From a bacterium (GTDB lineage Bacteria > CG03), in the NCBI GenBank assembly GCA_043825615.1, contig JBDRRS010000014.1, positions 31,029 through 95,028 on the forward strand: a stretch of 64,000 bases of DNA, read 5' to 3'. Position 1 is the stretch's first letter. Each line of letters starts with the position of its first letter. Below are positions 19,057 through 28,743 of this stretch, one piece after another. The position numbers were made by a program, and so were the translations under genes. Under the pieces are notes generated by a model, which made no database searches, had not been told where the DNA came from, and was given only the letters and a program-made list of their open reading frames with translations.

Positions 19057-20169
19057 ATGGCGAAAAATGATTTTAAAATAGTTGCGGCAGACGGGAAAGC
19101 CCGAGCCGGCGTTCTCGTGACTTCTCACGGCGCGGTTGAGACGCCTGTTTTTATGCCTGTCGGAACGCAGGCGACAATCAAAGGCGTGCCGCATGACATT
19201 CTTAACTGTCCGGTAATTCTTTCCAATGCGTATTATCTTTACCTCAAACCCGGCATTCAGGTGCTCAAAAAATTCGGGGGCCTGCACAAATTTATGAACT
19301 GGAAACATTCCATCCTTACGGATTCCGGGGGATTTCAGATTTTTTCTCTCGCGGCTCTTTTCAAAATTCACGAGGGCGGAGTTGAGTTCAGGTCGAAGTT
19401 CGACGGGTCCCGGCATTTTCTGACGCCCGCCGATGTCATTGACGTCCAGATTGCTCTGGGAAGCGACATAATGATGGTTCTGGACAGATGCGTGGAATAT
19501 CCGCAGCCGCTGGCAGTTATTGAACGCGCCGCCGCTCAGACGGTAAAATGGGCGGAGGAAAGCGTAAAGCATTTCGGAAGCCGCAAAACGAATCAGAAAC
19601 TCTTTGCGATTGTGCAGGGCGGGACGGATGCAGCTCTGCGCAGGAGATGCTCGGAAGAACTTTACGTTCTCCCATTCGACGGTTTTGCGGTAGGCGGCCT
19701 CGGCGTCGGTGAACCCCGGAGTTTAAGGAGAGAGGTTCTTGAAGAAACCCTCGGGTTTTTAGACCCGTTGCGCCCGCGCTACGTTATGGGGATGGGCCCT
19801 GCGGATGAGATATGGGAAGCGGTTGAGGCGGGCGCCGATATGTTTGATTGTGTGATGCCGACGAGAAACGGGAGAAACGGCCAGGCATTTACTTTCTCGG
19901 GAAAACTGAATTTGAGAAATGCGAAGTTCAAGGAGGACGAAAAACCGCTTGAACAGGGTTGTTCCTGCCCCGCCTGCCGCAGTTATTCCCGCGCTTATAT
20001 ACACCACCTCTTTAACGTGGGCGAAATGCTTGCCCAGACGCTCGCTTCTTTACACAACATAAATTTTATGTTAAATTTGATGAATTTGATTAGAAACTCA
20101 ATAAAAGAAAATGCCTTTCAAAAGGAAAAGAAGAAGTTTCTAAAGTTATGGAGGAATGATGCTATTTGA
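19057..20169 (+). CDS. tgt: Queuine tRNA-ribosyltransferase (tRNA-guanine transglycosylase)
   Basis: Strong Tgt similarity (VETPVFMPVGTQATIKG, LTDSGGFQIFSL, the zinc site CSCPAC). Confidence 0.9.
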   Translation: MAKNDFKIVAADGKARAGVLVTSHGAVETPVFMPVGTQATIKGVPHDILNCPVILSNAYYLYLKPGIQVLKKFGGLHKFMNWKHSILTDSGGFQIFSLAALFKIHEGGVEFRSKFDGSRHFLTPADVIDVQIALGSDIMMVLDRCVEYPQPLAVIERAAAQTVKWAEESVKHFGSRKTNQKLFAIVQGGTDAALRRRCSEELYVLPFDGFAVGGLGVGEPRSLRREVLEETLGFLDPLRPRYVMGMGPADEIWEAVEAGADMFDCVMPTRNGRNGQAFTFSGKLNLRNAKFKEDEKPLEQGCSCPACRSYSRAYIHHLFNVGEMLAQTLASLHNINFMLNLMNLIRNSIKENAFQKEKKKFLKLWRNDAI

Positions 20170-20470
20170 AACGCTTTTGTTCGCAGCCGAGGCGCCCGCC
20201 CAGGCGCCGGCGTCCGCTTTTACGGGATTTATGCCGCTGATACTGATTTTTGTCATTTCTTATTTTCTGCTGATAAGGCCGCAGCAGAAGCAGGCGAAGG
20301 AACACAGGAAAATGCTTGCCGCATTGAAAAAGGGCGACAGGGTTACGACTTCGGGCGGAATAATCGGAACGATTGTCGGGCTCGGAGACAAGGATATCGT
20401 CGTAAAGATTTCGGACAACTGCAATGTGAGTTTCGTGAGAGGGTCGGTTACCGCTGTTTTGAAAAATTAA
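20156..20470 (+). CDS. yajC: Preprotein translocase subunit YajC
   Basis: 104 aa. Single TM helix plus a conserved C-terminal region (GDRVTTSGGIIGTIV). Conserved tgt-yajC-secDF order. Confidence 0.8.
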   Translation: MMLFETLLFAAEAPAQAPASAFTGFMPLILIFVISYFLLIRPQQKQAKEHRKMLAALKKGDRVTTSGGIIGTIVGLGDKDIVVKISDNCNVSFVRGSVTAVLKN

Positions 20471-20478
20471 TATAAGAA

Positions 20479-21801
20479 ATGCCTAAGTCGCTGCAGTACA
20501 AAATTGTTTTTATCCTTTGCGTAATAGGTCTTGCAGTGTATATTCTGTTTCCGACTTTTGCATGGTATTCGGGGAAACACGCTCCCGGCGAGACCAGCGA
20601 CCGGAAAATTCTTAAACTGGGCCTTGACCTTCAGGGCGGGGTGCGGCTTCTGCTTGAAGTGGAAACTGATAAAGTTCCGCCCGATGAAAAAAAAGATGTC
20701 GCGGCGCGGGCTCTGGAGATTATAAGAAACCGCGTTGACCAGTTCGGCGTGTCGGAACCGCTGATTGTGAAGCAGGGCGATAAATGGATTGTGGTTCAGC
20801 TGCCGGGTATCAGTGAGCCGCAGAAAGCCATTAAAATCATAGGGCAGACCGCCCTTTTGGAATTTAAACTGGTCAGCGAAAGCAATGACTTTGAAAATGT
20901 CCCCGAGGGGTTTCAGACGCTTCCGCAGAAAGACGGCGGGCAGGTAATCGTACAATCAACGGCTGAGATCTCGGGTTCGGCTCTGAAGAACGCAAGGGTT
21001 GAAATAGGCGGCCAGTACAATATGCCGTACATTTCGCTTGAGTTCACGCGCGAAGGCGCAAAAAAATTCGCAAAAATAACGGGTGAGAATATAAACCGCT
21101 CCCTCGCCATCGTTCTCGACAATGTCGTTCAGTCGCGCCCCGTAATCCGGACGAGAATACCCGACGGCAAAGCGGTCATTGAAGGCGTTTTCAGCATGGA
21201 GGAAGCCGGGTATCTGGCGATTGTCCTGAGAGCGGGCGCTCTGCCTGCCCCCGTAAAAATAATCGAAAACAGGACGATAGGCCCGTCCCTCGGCAGCGAC
21301 TCAATAAGGCAGGGCGCTACGGCTGCTGCGGTCGGATTTCTTGCGGTCTGTATCTTCATGCTTGCGTATTATAAAAAAGCGGGTTTACTCGCCGATACCG
21401 CCCTGATATTAAATCTGCTTATACTTTCGGCGGTAATGATTATGATGAGAGCGACTCTGACTCTTCCCGGAATCGCGGGAATCGTGCTGACCATAGGAAT
21501 GGCCGTTGACGCCAACGTTCTTATTTTTTCAAGAATCCGCGAGGAACTGTCGGCTGGAAAAACGCCTCTCGTCGCCATTGATTCGGGTTACGAAAAAGCG
21601 CTAAAAACGATTCTCGACGCGAACATAACGACGCTGATCGCGTCGGGTTTTCTTTTCCAGTTCGGTTCGGGACCTGTCAAGGGCTTTGCCGTAACCTTGA
21701 GCGTCGGAATCGCAGCGAGTATGTTTACGGCTATTTTCGTAACGCACGCGCTGTGGGATGCCGCCCTTTTCGGCAGGCAGGTTAAGAAGGTTTCAATATG
21801 A
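20479..21801 (+). CDS. secD: Protein translocase subunit SecD
   Basis: 440 aa. Periplasmic domain plus the C-terminal 6-TM SecD/F core. Confidence 0.9.
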   Translation: MPKSLQYKIVFILCVIGLAVYILFPTFAWYSGKHAPGETSDRKILKLGLDLQGGVRLLLEVETDKVPPDEKKDVAARALEIIRNRVDQFGVSEPLIVKQGDKWIVVQLPGISEPQKAIKIIGQTALLEFKLVSESNDFENVPEGFQTLPQKDGGQVIVQSTAEISGSALKNARVEIGGQYNMPYISLEFTREGAKKFAKITGENINRSLAIVLDNVVQSRPVIRTRIPDGKAVIEGVFSMEEAGYLAIVLRAGALPAPVKIIENRTIGPSLGSDSIRQGATAAAVGFLAVCIFMLAYYKKAGLLADTALILNLLILSAVMIMMRATLTLPGIAGIVLTIGMAVDANVLIFSRIREELSAGKTPLVAIDSGYEKALKTILDANITTLIASGFLFQFGSGPVKGFAVTLSVGIAASMFTAIFVTHALWDAALFGRQVKKVSI

Positions 21802-22664
21802 GCGGGAAAATCGGGTTTATAGAGTTCAGGAAAAAGGCATTCTTAATCTCCGGGGCAATTGTGCTTTTTGCCGCGTACAACATTTTTCTCGGGAAGATAA
21901 ACTGGGGCATTGATTTTACCGGCGGAACGGTTGCCCAGATAAAGTTTGAAAAAAAACTCGCAATAACGGAACTCCGCGAGGCGCTGGCGGAATACAAACC
22001 GGTGATACAGGAGTTTTCAGGAGAGACCTCATACATTCTGAAGTTCTCCCAGTCGGAAGAAGAGCAGAATCTGAGCGCGGAAATAAAAGATAAATTAAAA
22101 GAAAAATTTCCGGAAAACGAAGTAACCATCGTGAGATTTGAAATGGTAGGCCCTGTCGTGGGGAAATTCCTCATAAATGCGGCTCTTTACGCTTTTATGG
22201 GGGCGCTCTTCGGAATTATCTTCTATGTCGCTTTGCGGTTCAAAGGAAGCATCTGGGGTATTGCGGCGGTTGTTGCGCTGATTCACGATATGGTTATAAC
22301 GTTCGGCATTTTGTGTTTCGCAGGCGTTACCGTTGACCTTATCGTCATCACGGGTCTTCTTTTTATTGCGGGTTATTCCGTGAACGATACCATCGTCATT
22401 TATGACAGAATCAGGGAAAATCTGAAAAAGGTTGAAAGAAAGAAAACTTCCGAAATTTTCAACGACTCGATAAAACAAACGCTTTCACGCACCCTGATAA
22501 CGTCGCTCACGACGGCTATTGTCGTTTTGTGTCTTTTCTTCCTCGGCGGTGAAATAATCCACAATTTTGCGGCGGCTGTCTTGTTAGGAATTGTCATAGG
22601 GACGTACTCCTCAGTTTTTATTGCGAGCCCGCTGGTTTACGGCGTGGTTGGGGACGGTTCATAG
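21798..22664 (+). CDS. secF: Protein translocase subunit SecF
   Basis: 288 aa with a SecF-type TM core. Start overlaps the secD stop. Confidence 0.9.
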   Translation: MSGKIGFIEFRKKAFLISGAIVLFAAYNIFLGKINWGIDFTGGTVAQIKFEKKLAITELREALAEYKPVIQEFSGETSYILKFSQSEEEQNLSAEIKDKLKEKFPENEVTIVRFEMVGPVVGKFLINAALYAFMGALFGIIFYVALRFKGSIWGIAAVVALIHDMVITFGILCFAGVTVDLIVITGLLFIAGYSVNDTIVIYDRIRENLKKVERKKTSEIFNDSIKQTLSRTLITSLTTAIVVLCLFFLGGEIIHNFAAAVLLGIVIGTYSSVFIASPLVYGVVGDGS

Positions 22665-22720
22665 TTGGGGACAGGTGATAGTTGGGGACAGGTCTTGAAA
22701 AGCCCTGTCCCCTTTCTTAT
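22663..22720 (+). repeat. Family B repeat copy 3: about three 17-bp direct units (the first degenerate: GTTGGGGACGGTTCA, then TAGTTGGGGACAGGTGA x2), then hairpin GGGGACAGG/CCTGTCCCC and a T-tract. Candidate terminator after secF.
   Basis: gttggggacggttcatagttggggacaggtgatagttggggacaggtcttgaaaagccctgtcccctttcttat. The first unit lies inside the secF 3' end. Confidence 0.5.
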
Positions 22721-22773
22721 ATTAGAGTTTACTTGCGACTTGAAATATTTTATAATTTCGCAGGGAGGGAATC

Positions 22774-23844
22774 ATGATAAAAATAATTGATAACGAAGAT
22801 AACCTCAGAGCAAAGATAAAAGTTATCGGGGTTGGCGGCGGCGGCTGTAACGCCATTAACAGGATGATTAAATCCAACATCAAAGGCGTGGAGTTTATCG
22901 CCGCCAATACGGATGCTCAGGCGCTGAGGCAATCGCTTGCGACGTATCGCATTCAGCTCGGGGAAGAAGGCACAAAAGGGCTTGGCGCCGGCGGTAATCC
23001 GGAGATCGGTAAAGAGGCCGCCGAAGAATCAAGAGAATTGATAAAAAAAGCGGTTGCCGGAGCGGATATGGTTTTCGTAACGGTCGGAATGGGCGGAGGC
23101 ACGGGAACGGGGGCGACGCCCGTTTTTTCAAGCATTGCCAAAGAGATGGATATACTGACTGTTGTTGTGGCGACAAAGCCGTTTAATTTTGAAGGCCCCG
23201 TAAGAATGAAACAGGCGGAAGACGGGCTGAAGAATGTTGAAGGCCAGGCCGACACGCTTTTGACGATTCCGAACCAGAAACTGCTGAACGTAATTTCAGA
23301 GGACACTCTCGCCGACCAGGCGTTTAACACCGTTGACGACGTTTTAAGGCAGGCGGTTCAGGCGATAACGGACGTTATAACTTCCGAGTCGGTGATAAAT
23401 GTTGATTTTGCCGATATAAAGACAATAATGAAAAATGCGGGCAGGGCTCTTATGGGCATCGGCGAGGGCAGGGGCGACACCCGCGCCGTTGACGCCATAA
23501 GACAGGCGATAACAAGCCCTCTGCTTGAAGATGTGTCGATAGCGGGAGCAAAAGGCGTGCTCGTAAACATTACCGGCAATCCAAAAAATCTTACGATGTT
23601 TGAAATATCAAAAGCCATGGAACTCGTTCACAAAGAGGTCTCCAAAAGCGTGCATGTTTTCTTCGGGCAGACATTTGACGACACTCTCGAAGAAAAAATC
23701 AAAATTACCGTCATAGCTACGGATTTCGAAAAGGGAAAAAGACGGCAGATGTCCGGTTCATCCGATACGTTTGTTCCGCCGCCCGAGGCGGAACGTCCGG
23801 ATGCGGTTGATATCCCGCCGGAATTAAGGAAAAAAGGGTTTTGA
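22774..23844 (+). CDS. ftsZ: Cell division protein FtsZ
   Basis: Tubulin signature GGGTGTG, N-terminus IKVIGVGGGGCNAINRM, and a C-terminal peptide tail. Confidence 0.9.
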   Translation: MIKIIDNEDNLRAKIKVIGVGGGGCNAINRMIKSNIKGVEFIAANTDAQALRQSLATYRIQLGEEGTKGLGAGGNPEIGKEAAEESRELIKKAVAGADMVFVTVGMGGGTGTGATPVFSSIAKEMDILTVVVATKPFNFEGPVRMKQAEDGLKNVEGQADTLLTIPNQKLLNVISEDTLADQAFNTVDDVLRQAVQAITDVITSESVINVDFADIKTIMKNAGRALMGIGEGRGDTRAVDAIRQAITSPLLEDVSIAGAKGVLVNITGNPKNLTMFEISKAMELVHKEVSKSVHVFFGQTFDDTLEEKIKITVIATDFEKGKRRQMSGSSDTFVPPPEAERPDAVDIPPELRKKGF

Positions 23845-23898
23845 TGGCCGCCACCCCCAACGGGGCAAGCCTCCCGCCGCCCTGATAAGGAAGAAGAT

Positions 23899-24984
23899 AT
23901 GGACGTTGACAAACTTTTTGAATTGATGCTCTCCCGCGGCGCTTCGGATTTGCACCTGAGGGCGGGGCTTCCCGCGGTTATAAGGGTGAACAAGCGTCTC
24001 GAAAAAGTTGAGATGGAGGCGCTGTCGGCGGAAACGATAAGTAATTTTATTTCGGGCATTCTTGACGAGAAGAGGAAAAACGAACTTGAAAGGAATCTCC
24101 AGTGCGATTTTTCGCATTTTATTCAGGGGGTCGGACGGTTCAGGGGCGCCGCTTTTTACCAGAAGGGGTCTCTCGGCGTTGTGTTCAGGGCGATTCCTGA
24201 TGCGCCTTCCGATTTTCGCGCATTGAACCTTCCGGAAATCCTTGAAAAAATCTGCCTGTATTCCAACGGCCTCGTCCTCGTGACGGGCCCGGCCGGCAGC
24301 GGCAAGTCAACGACTCTCGCCGCAATGATAAACCACATAAACGAAAGCAGGCGAGCCCATATCGTTACGCTTGAGGACCCGATTGAATATTTTTTTAAAG
24401 ATAAAAAATCGGTGTTAACACAGCGGGAACTCGGGATTGATATGATTTCTTATATGGATGCGCTGAAAAATATCGTAAGGGAAGATCCCGATGTTATCCT
24501 GATAGGCGAGATGAGAGATATTGACACGATTTCAGCCGGCATTTCCGTTGCCGAGGTCGGTAACCTCGTTCTTTCATCAGTCCACACGATAAATGCCTTT
24601 CAGACGGTCTCAAGAATTATTGATTTCTATCCCGTTGCGCACCAGAACCAGGTGCGCGGACAACTCTCCGAAATACTGCGGGCGGTCATTTCAATGCGCC
24701 TGATGCCGTCGAAGGACAGAAATTCTCTCGTTCCCGTCTGTGAAATTTTGATAAACACTGAAATTGTAAAAAAACACATAGCGGAGAACAACCTTTCGGA
24801 AATTTACGATGTTATGGCCAAGGGCTCGTATTACGGAATGCAGACATTCAACCAGGCGCTTGTGGGTCTCTGTCAGAGCGGTGTGGTAACGGAGGATGAT
24901 GCTTTGAAGGTCTCAACCAACCCCGAAGAATTCCGGCTTTTTATGAGAGGAATCGACACGACAACCGCTTCCACGGGCAAATAA
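23899..24984 (+). CDS. pilT: Twitching motility ATPase PilT
   Basis: 361 aa. Walker A GPAGSGKST and a PilT-type N-terminus LMLSRGASDLHL. Typical PilT length. Confidence 0.85.
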   Translation: MDVDKLFELMLSRGASDLHLRAGLPAVIRVNKRLEKVEMEALSAETISNFISGILDEKRKNELERNLQCDFSHFIQGVGRFRGAAFYQKGSLGVVFRAIPDAPSDFRALNLPEILEKICLYSNGLVLVTGPAGSGKSTTLAAMINHINESRRAHIVTLEDPIEYFFKDKKSVLTQRELGIDMISYMDALKNIVREDPDVILIGEMRDIDTISAGISVAEVGNLVLSSVHTINAFQTVSRIIDFYPVAHQNQVRGQLSEILRAVISMRLMPSKDRNSLVPVCEILINTEIVKKHIAENNLSEIYDVMAKGSYYGMQTFNQALVGLCQSGVVTEDDALKVSTNPEEFRLFMRGIDTTTASTGK

Positions 24985-25001
24985 AAAATTAGAAAACAAA
25001 T

Positions 25002-25694
25002 ATGCCGAAAATTGATGAGCCGGAATTTTTAGATTTGTCGCGTTATCTCGGGAAAGGAGTGTGTGCGGTTTTTTCGCTTTCCCGGGCGGGTGATATGAAG
25101 GATGAAAACATAATAAATGATTTCGTAAGACGGCAATTCGGAGACGCAGGACTAATCTACAGCGAACAGGTTCACAAAACGAATGTCTCGTGCGTTGATA
25201 TTCGCACAAAAATCCCGGTTCCGGATTCCGACGGGCTTATAACAAAGGACAGGAATGTTGTTCTCGGAGTTTTTACGGCTGACTGCATTCCCGTTTTTCT
25301 GTACGATGAGGTCTCGGGGCTCGCCGGGCTTTTGCACGCCGGCTGGAGAGGAATTTCCAAGAATTTTATAATTTCCGCAGTTGATTTTATTCAGAAAAAC
25401 AGCACTGTTTACGTTTCCTCTCTTAAGGTCGTAATCGGTCCGGGTCTGTGCGTCAAGCATTTTGAGGTCTCCGCCGAACTGGCGCATGTCTTCCCCGGAA
25501 TGTTTATCAGAAAGAAAAAAGAGAAAAGTTTTGTGGATTTAAAGAAAATAATAAAAAAGCAGTTTGTGGATTCAGGGGTACAGCAGGGGAACATCTATGA
25601 CGCGGGTCTGTGCTCGTTTGAAGAGAAAAATATCTTTTCCCTCCGGCGGGAGCAGACGGAAAAAAGAAACTGCGCTTTCATAAAACTGCTGTAA
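25002..25694 (+). CDS. pgeF: Peptidoglycan editing factor PgeF (YfiH/YlmD family, DUF152)
   Basis: Motifs TADCIPVFLYD and LHAGWRG. ylmD-type genes classically sit downstream of ftsZ. Confidence 0.75.
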   Translation: MPKIDEPEFLDLSRYLGKGVCAVFSLSRAGDMKDENIINDFVRRQFGDAGLIYSEQVHKTNVSCVDIRTKIPVPDSDGLITKDRNVVLGVFTADCIPVFLYDEVSGLAGLLHAGWRGISKNFIISAVDFIQKNSTVYVSSLKVVIGPGLCVKHFEVSAELAHVFPGMFIRKKKEKSFVDLKKIIKKQFVDSGVQQGNIYDAGLCSFEEKNIFSLRREQTEKRNCAFIKLL

Positions 25695-25747
25695 GTTGAA
25701 AAAAACAGAACTGAAAGTATCGGGATTTCAAAGGCATGTGCGGAAAT

Positions 25748-25775
25748 TTGACAAAAAAATTATTATTTGTAAAAA
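25748..25775 (+). promoter_or_regulatory. Putative sigma70-type promoter (TTGACA-N16/17-TAAAAA) for the large secreted protein gene
   Basis: tttgacaaaaaaattattatttgtaaaaattt lies about 10 nt upstream of the ATG at 25786. The leader is very short and no SD is visible. Confidence 0.3.
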
Positions 25776-25785
25776 TTTAAAACCA

Positions 25786-28743
25786 ATGAAAAGGTTTTGT
25801 GCCGGTTTGTTCCTGGGTCTTGTTTTTTTATTGTCAGCCAGGAGTTCATCCATGGCTTTACCATACCAAATTATGACAGCCAGCGTCGCCGTAATTGACC
25901 CCGCAGGGGCGGACCTTAAAACAACCACTCTTAAGTTTGAAGATAAAATTAGAATTTCAATAGAAGTAAAAGAGCACGATGGAAGCGGTTATAACATTCC
26001 TGCTGCCAGCGGTACGGCATGGGCGAATATAGGCAATGTATTAGAGGGGATTACTCTTTTTGATGACGGTCTTACCAGCACCAGCACCCATTCCGACAAT
26101 ACTGCCGGGGATGGAATTTATAGCACGATTTTATCTATTCCCGCCGGTATTACTGTTTCCGCCGGAGAAATTAAAACGTATTTTACTTCATCGGGTACTG
26201 TTTCGGCGGAGAATGACGGGTATCCGTTTGGTGTGGATACGAGCACTTCCAACGACATTTCAATAACCATAGATGCTACAAGACCGGTGGTAACCAATGT
26301 AGGGCTTTTGACTCTGCCGTACAACCCGGAGAAAGGTTATCTTAATATCAGTTACACATTGAACGAGGGATCCGTTATTCAGATAGAAATTTACCGCTCA
26401 TCATATACCCCTGCCAACCTTATCCGGAAACTCACGCCTCCACCGGCTATGTTCGGCGACAATTTCGTTACGTGGGACGGTCTGGATGATGAGGGTTATA
26501 TGGTCGGAACGCTCTTGAACGGTGTCATTAATGATTCAGGGTTGAACGGAAATCCGGACGGCGACTACAAGTGCGTGATAAAAGCCACCGACCTTATCGG
26601 GAACAGGGGCGAGGACTTAATCACAACCATCAAGGTCTCGACCGTTTTTCTTGAAGTATACGATATGACCGTTTCACCGAATCCTGTCACTCCTGATGAT
26701 GATAATGTTAATGATAACCCGAATTTTAATTTAAAAATGCTTCTCAGAGGAAGTACGCTTCAGCTTAACAATCTTGATTTTGATGTTGAAGCCAGCTCAT
26801 CACCGTATAACAGGCCTTACGCGCTTCTTGCGCTGAATATGTACTCGTCTGCGGGGGAAAGAATTGATACGCTTGAGCAGGACTTAACTGACGGTGATTC
26901 CGACCCGTTTCCCAATGACTGGCCGAATTATGTTTCAACTGTGCCGTCACCGTATCTCTGGTATCCTTTTTCGTTTCCGCTGGCGGGCAGCGCGGGTTTG
27001 CCTATATGGGCTGATGGCGATGGCGCTGATGGAAACGATTGGGATATTCTGGTTCCATTTGACAGGGTTTCAGGAACCACAGATGAATATGAAGCAATTT
27101 TCTCTGTCAGACACATATTTAAATCACCTCCGGATAATGGCACCTATATTGAAAGAGCGCAGTTTGAACTGGTTGCTGCGGACTGGGTAGTAGAAATTGA
27201 GGAAAAAACATATACTGTACAGGTTGGGAGTTGGACTTATTCCTATGAAAATTTCCCCTTTCAAGTTTGTCATGAAAAACCCGATTACACGCATTTCAGT
27301 CCTCTTTCCAATACGGTAGAACAGGTTTTTATAGTTGAGGACTCGCTGGCGGATGCCCTTGATTTTACGGCGCCGACAATTGTATTTACCGACCCTGGGC
27401 AGGATGAACAGAAACAGCAGGGCAAGGTTGATAAGGTATTTGCGTATTTAAATGACGGGCTCGGCGGTATAGGAGTGGATTTGGTTAATTCTGTCATATA
27501 TCTTAAAAATCCCCTCGGAAACAAAGTGAGCGGCACACAGACGAATGACGGAGCAAATAAAATTTACTGGAAACTTCCGGAAAATACGTATCTTGACGAA
27601 AGCGGAGTATATACCATTGTTGTCGAGGCGGTTGATAAGAGAGGAAATACCACAGGAGAGGTTGAATGCACATTTACTGTTATTGACACATTGCCGCCGT
27701 ATGTTGTAAGTACCAAACCCGAAGAGAATATTCTTAAGAACGGAAGTTTTTCTATGGGAAGCGCAGATATTGCCGAGTTTACAATTATCCTTTTTGATGA
27801 AGGCGTAGGTCTTGACGGAGCCAGAACCAAGCCGACCATGACTCTGGAAAAAGATGAAGCAGTGGTTGCAAGTTCAACAACATGGGTATCCAGCCCCAAC
27901 TCCGACAGTTTTACTCTTACGCCGAACAGCTTGCCGATAGCCGCGGGAAACTATGAACTCAAAATTACCGCTTATGATAAAAGTGGAAACGCCAAGGCGT
28001 TTTCATACCTCTTTACGGTTAGCGGCGTTGGCGCTGTTTATGTTTCTTACGGGGGGCTTACTTATATGACCCTTCCTGCCGGAACTACCATCTATAGCGG
28101 TGGAGTTTCAACAGAGTCTGTCAGTGTAAAGTCACCTCTGCCCGTCCTTACGAACTGGGATGAGGCGCATTTCGGGTCTGTCGGAGATGTAATTGATTTT
28201 GAGCCGGATAGTTTAAGTTTTTCCAAAACCGTAACTCTCACCATGCACTATACGGATGAAGATATTGCCAGCGTGTCTGACGAGAATGACCTGCTTATTT
28301 ATGGATATAGCGCCGCAGATGGATGGAGTTCATTAAGCGGAACTGTCGTTGATGCCGCAAATAATCGGATAAATCTGCAGATTAATTCCGGAACGACCCT
28401 CGCCGAAAGGTATATCGTGGGTTATATCCTCCCCCCAAGGGTCAGTTCCTTCACAGAAATGGTAAAAGCGTATCCCCAGCCGTCGAAAAAAGGTTCTATA
28501 ACTTTTGCGTATGACAAAGCGCTTTTTTCCGGTGAAGTCACGGAACAGGTTGAAATTTATACGATTTACGGCGAAAAACTTTGGGAAAGAACACAAAAAT
28601 CTAATCCCGCTTCCGGAGCAATTACATGGAATTACAAAAGTAATTATTCTGCCCTTGCCCCGGGTGTTTATATTTACAGATTGACAGTGTGGGATGCAAC
28701 AAAATCGTATGAAGCGGTGAAGAAAGCGGTGATATACAAATGA
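25786..28743 (+). CDS. Large secreted protein (about 985 aa) with a C-terminal T9SS type-A-like / FlgD-Ig-like sorting domain
   Basis: Signal peptide MKRFCAGLFLGLVFLLSARSSSMA. The C-terminal 80 aa ...GVYIYRLTVWDATKSYEAVKKAVIYK resemble a Por-secretion-tail. Ig-like repeat architecture. The longest ORF begins at 25696. Confidence 0.6.
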   Translation: MKRFCAGLFLGLVFLLSARSSSMALPYQIMTASVAVIDPAGADLKTTTLKFEDKIRISIEVKEHDGSGYNIPAASGTAWANIGNVLEGITLFDDGLTSTSTHSDNTAGDGIYSTILSIPAGITVSAGEIKTYFTSSGTVSAENDGYPFGVDTSTSNDISITIDATRPVVTNVGLLTLPYNPEKGYLNISYTLNEGSVIQIEIYRSSYTPANLIRKLTPPPAMFGDNFVTWDGLDDEGYMVGTLLNGVINDSGLNGNPDGDYKCVIKATDLIGNRGEDLITTIKVSTVFLEVYDMTVSPNPVTPDDDNVNDNPNFNLKMLLRGSTLQLNNLDFDVEASSSPYNRPYALLALNMYSSAGERIDTLEQDLTDGDSDPFPNDWPNYVSTVPSPYLWYPFSFPLAGSAGLPIWADGDGADGNDWDILVPFDRVSGTTDEYEAIFSVRHIFKSPPDNGTYIERAQFELVAADWVVEIEEKTYTVQVGSWTYSYENFPFQVCHEKPDYTHFSPLSNTVEQVFIVEDSLADALDFTAPTIVFTDPGQDEQKQQGKVDKVFAYLNDGLGGIGVDLVNSVIYLKNPLGNKVSGTQTNDGANKIYWKLPENTYLDESGVYTIVVEAVDKRGNTTGEVECTFTVIDTLPPYVVSTKPEENILKNGSFSMGSADIAEFTIILFDEGVGLDGARTKPTMTLEKDEAVVASSTTWVSSPNSDSFTLTPNSLPIAAGNYELKITAYDKSGNAKAFSYLFTVSGVGAVYVSYGGLTYMTLPAGTTIYSGGVSTESVSVKSPLPVLTNWDEAHFGSVGDVIDFEPDSLSFSKTVTLTMHYTDEDIASVSDENDLLIYGYSAADGWSSLSGTVVDAANNRINLQINSGTTLAERYIVGYILPPRVSSFTEMVKAYPQPSKKGSITFAYDKALFSGEVTEQVEIYTIYGEKLWERTQKSNPASGAITWNYKSNYSALAPGVYIYRLTVWDATKSYEAVKKAVIYK

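Noticed and set aside
25696-25785. N-terminal 30 codons of the longest ORF for the 1015-aa protein (start at 25696)
   Set aside because: A promoter-like TTGACA/-10 pair lies inside this stretch, and a canonical signal peptide begins at the ATG at 25786. The upstream extension is likely untranslated.
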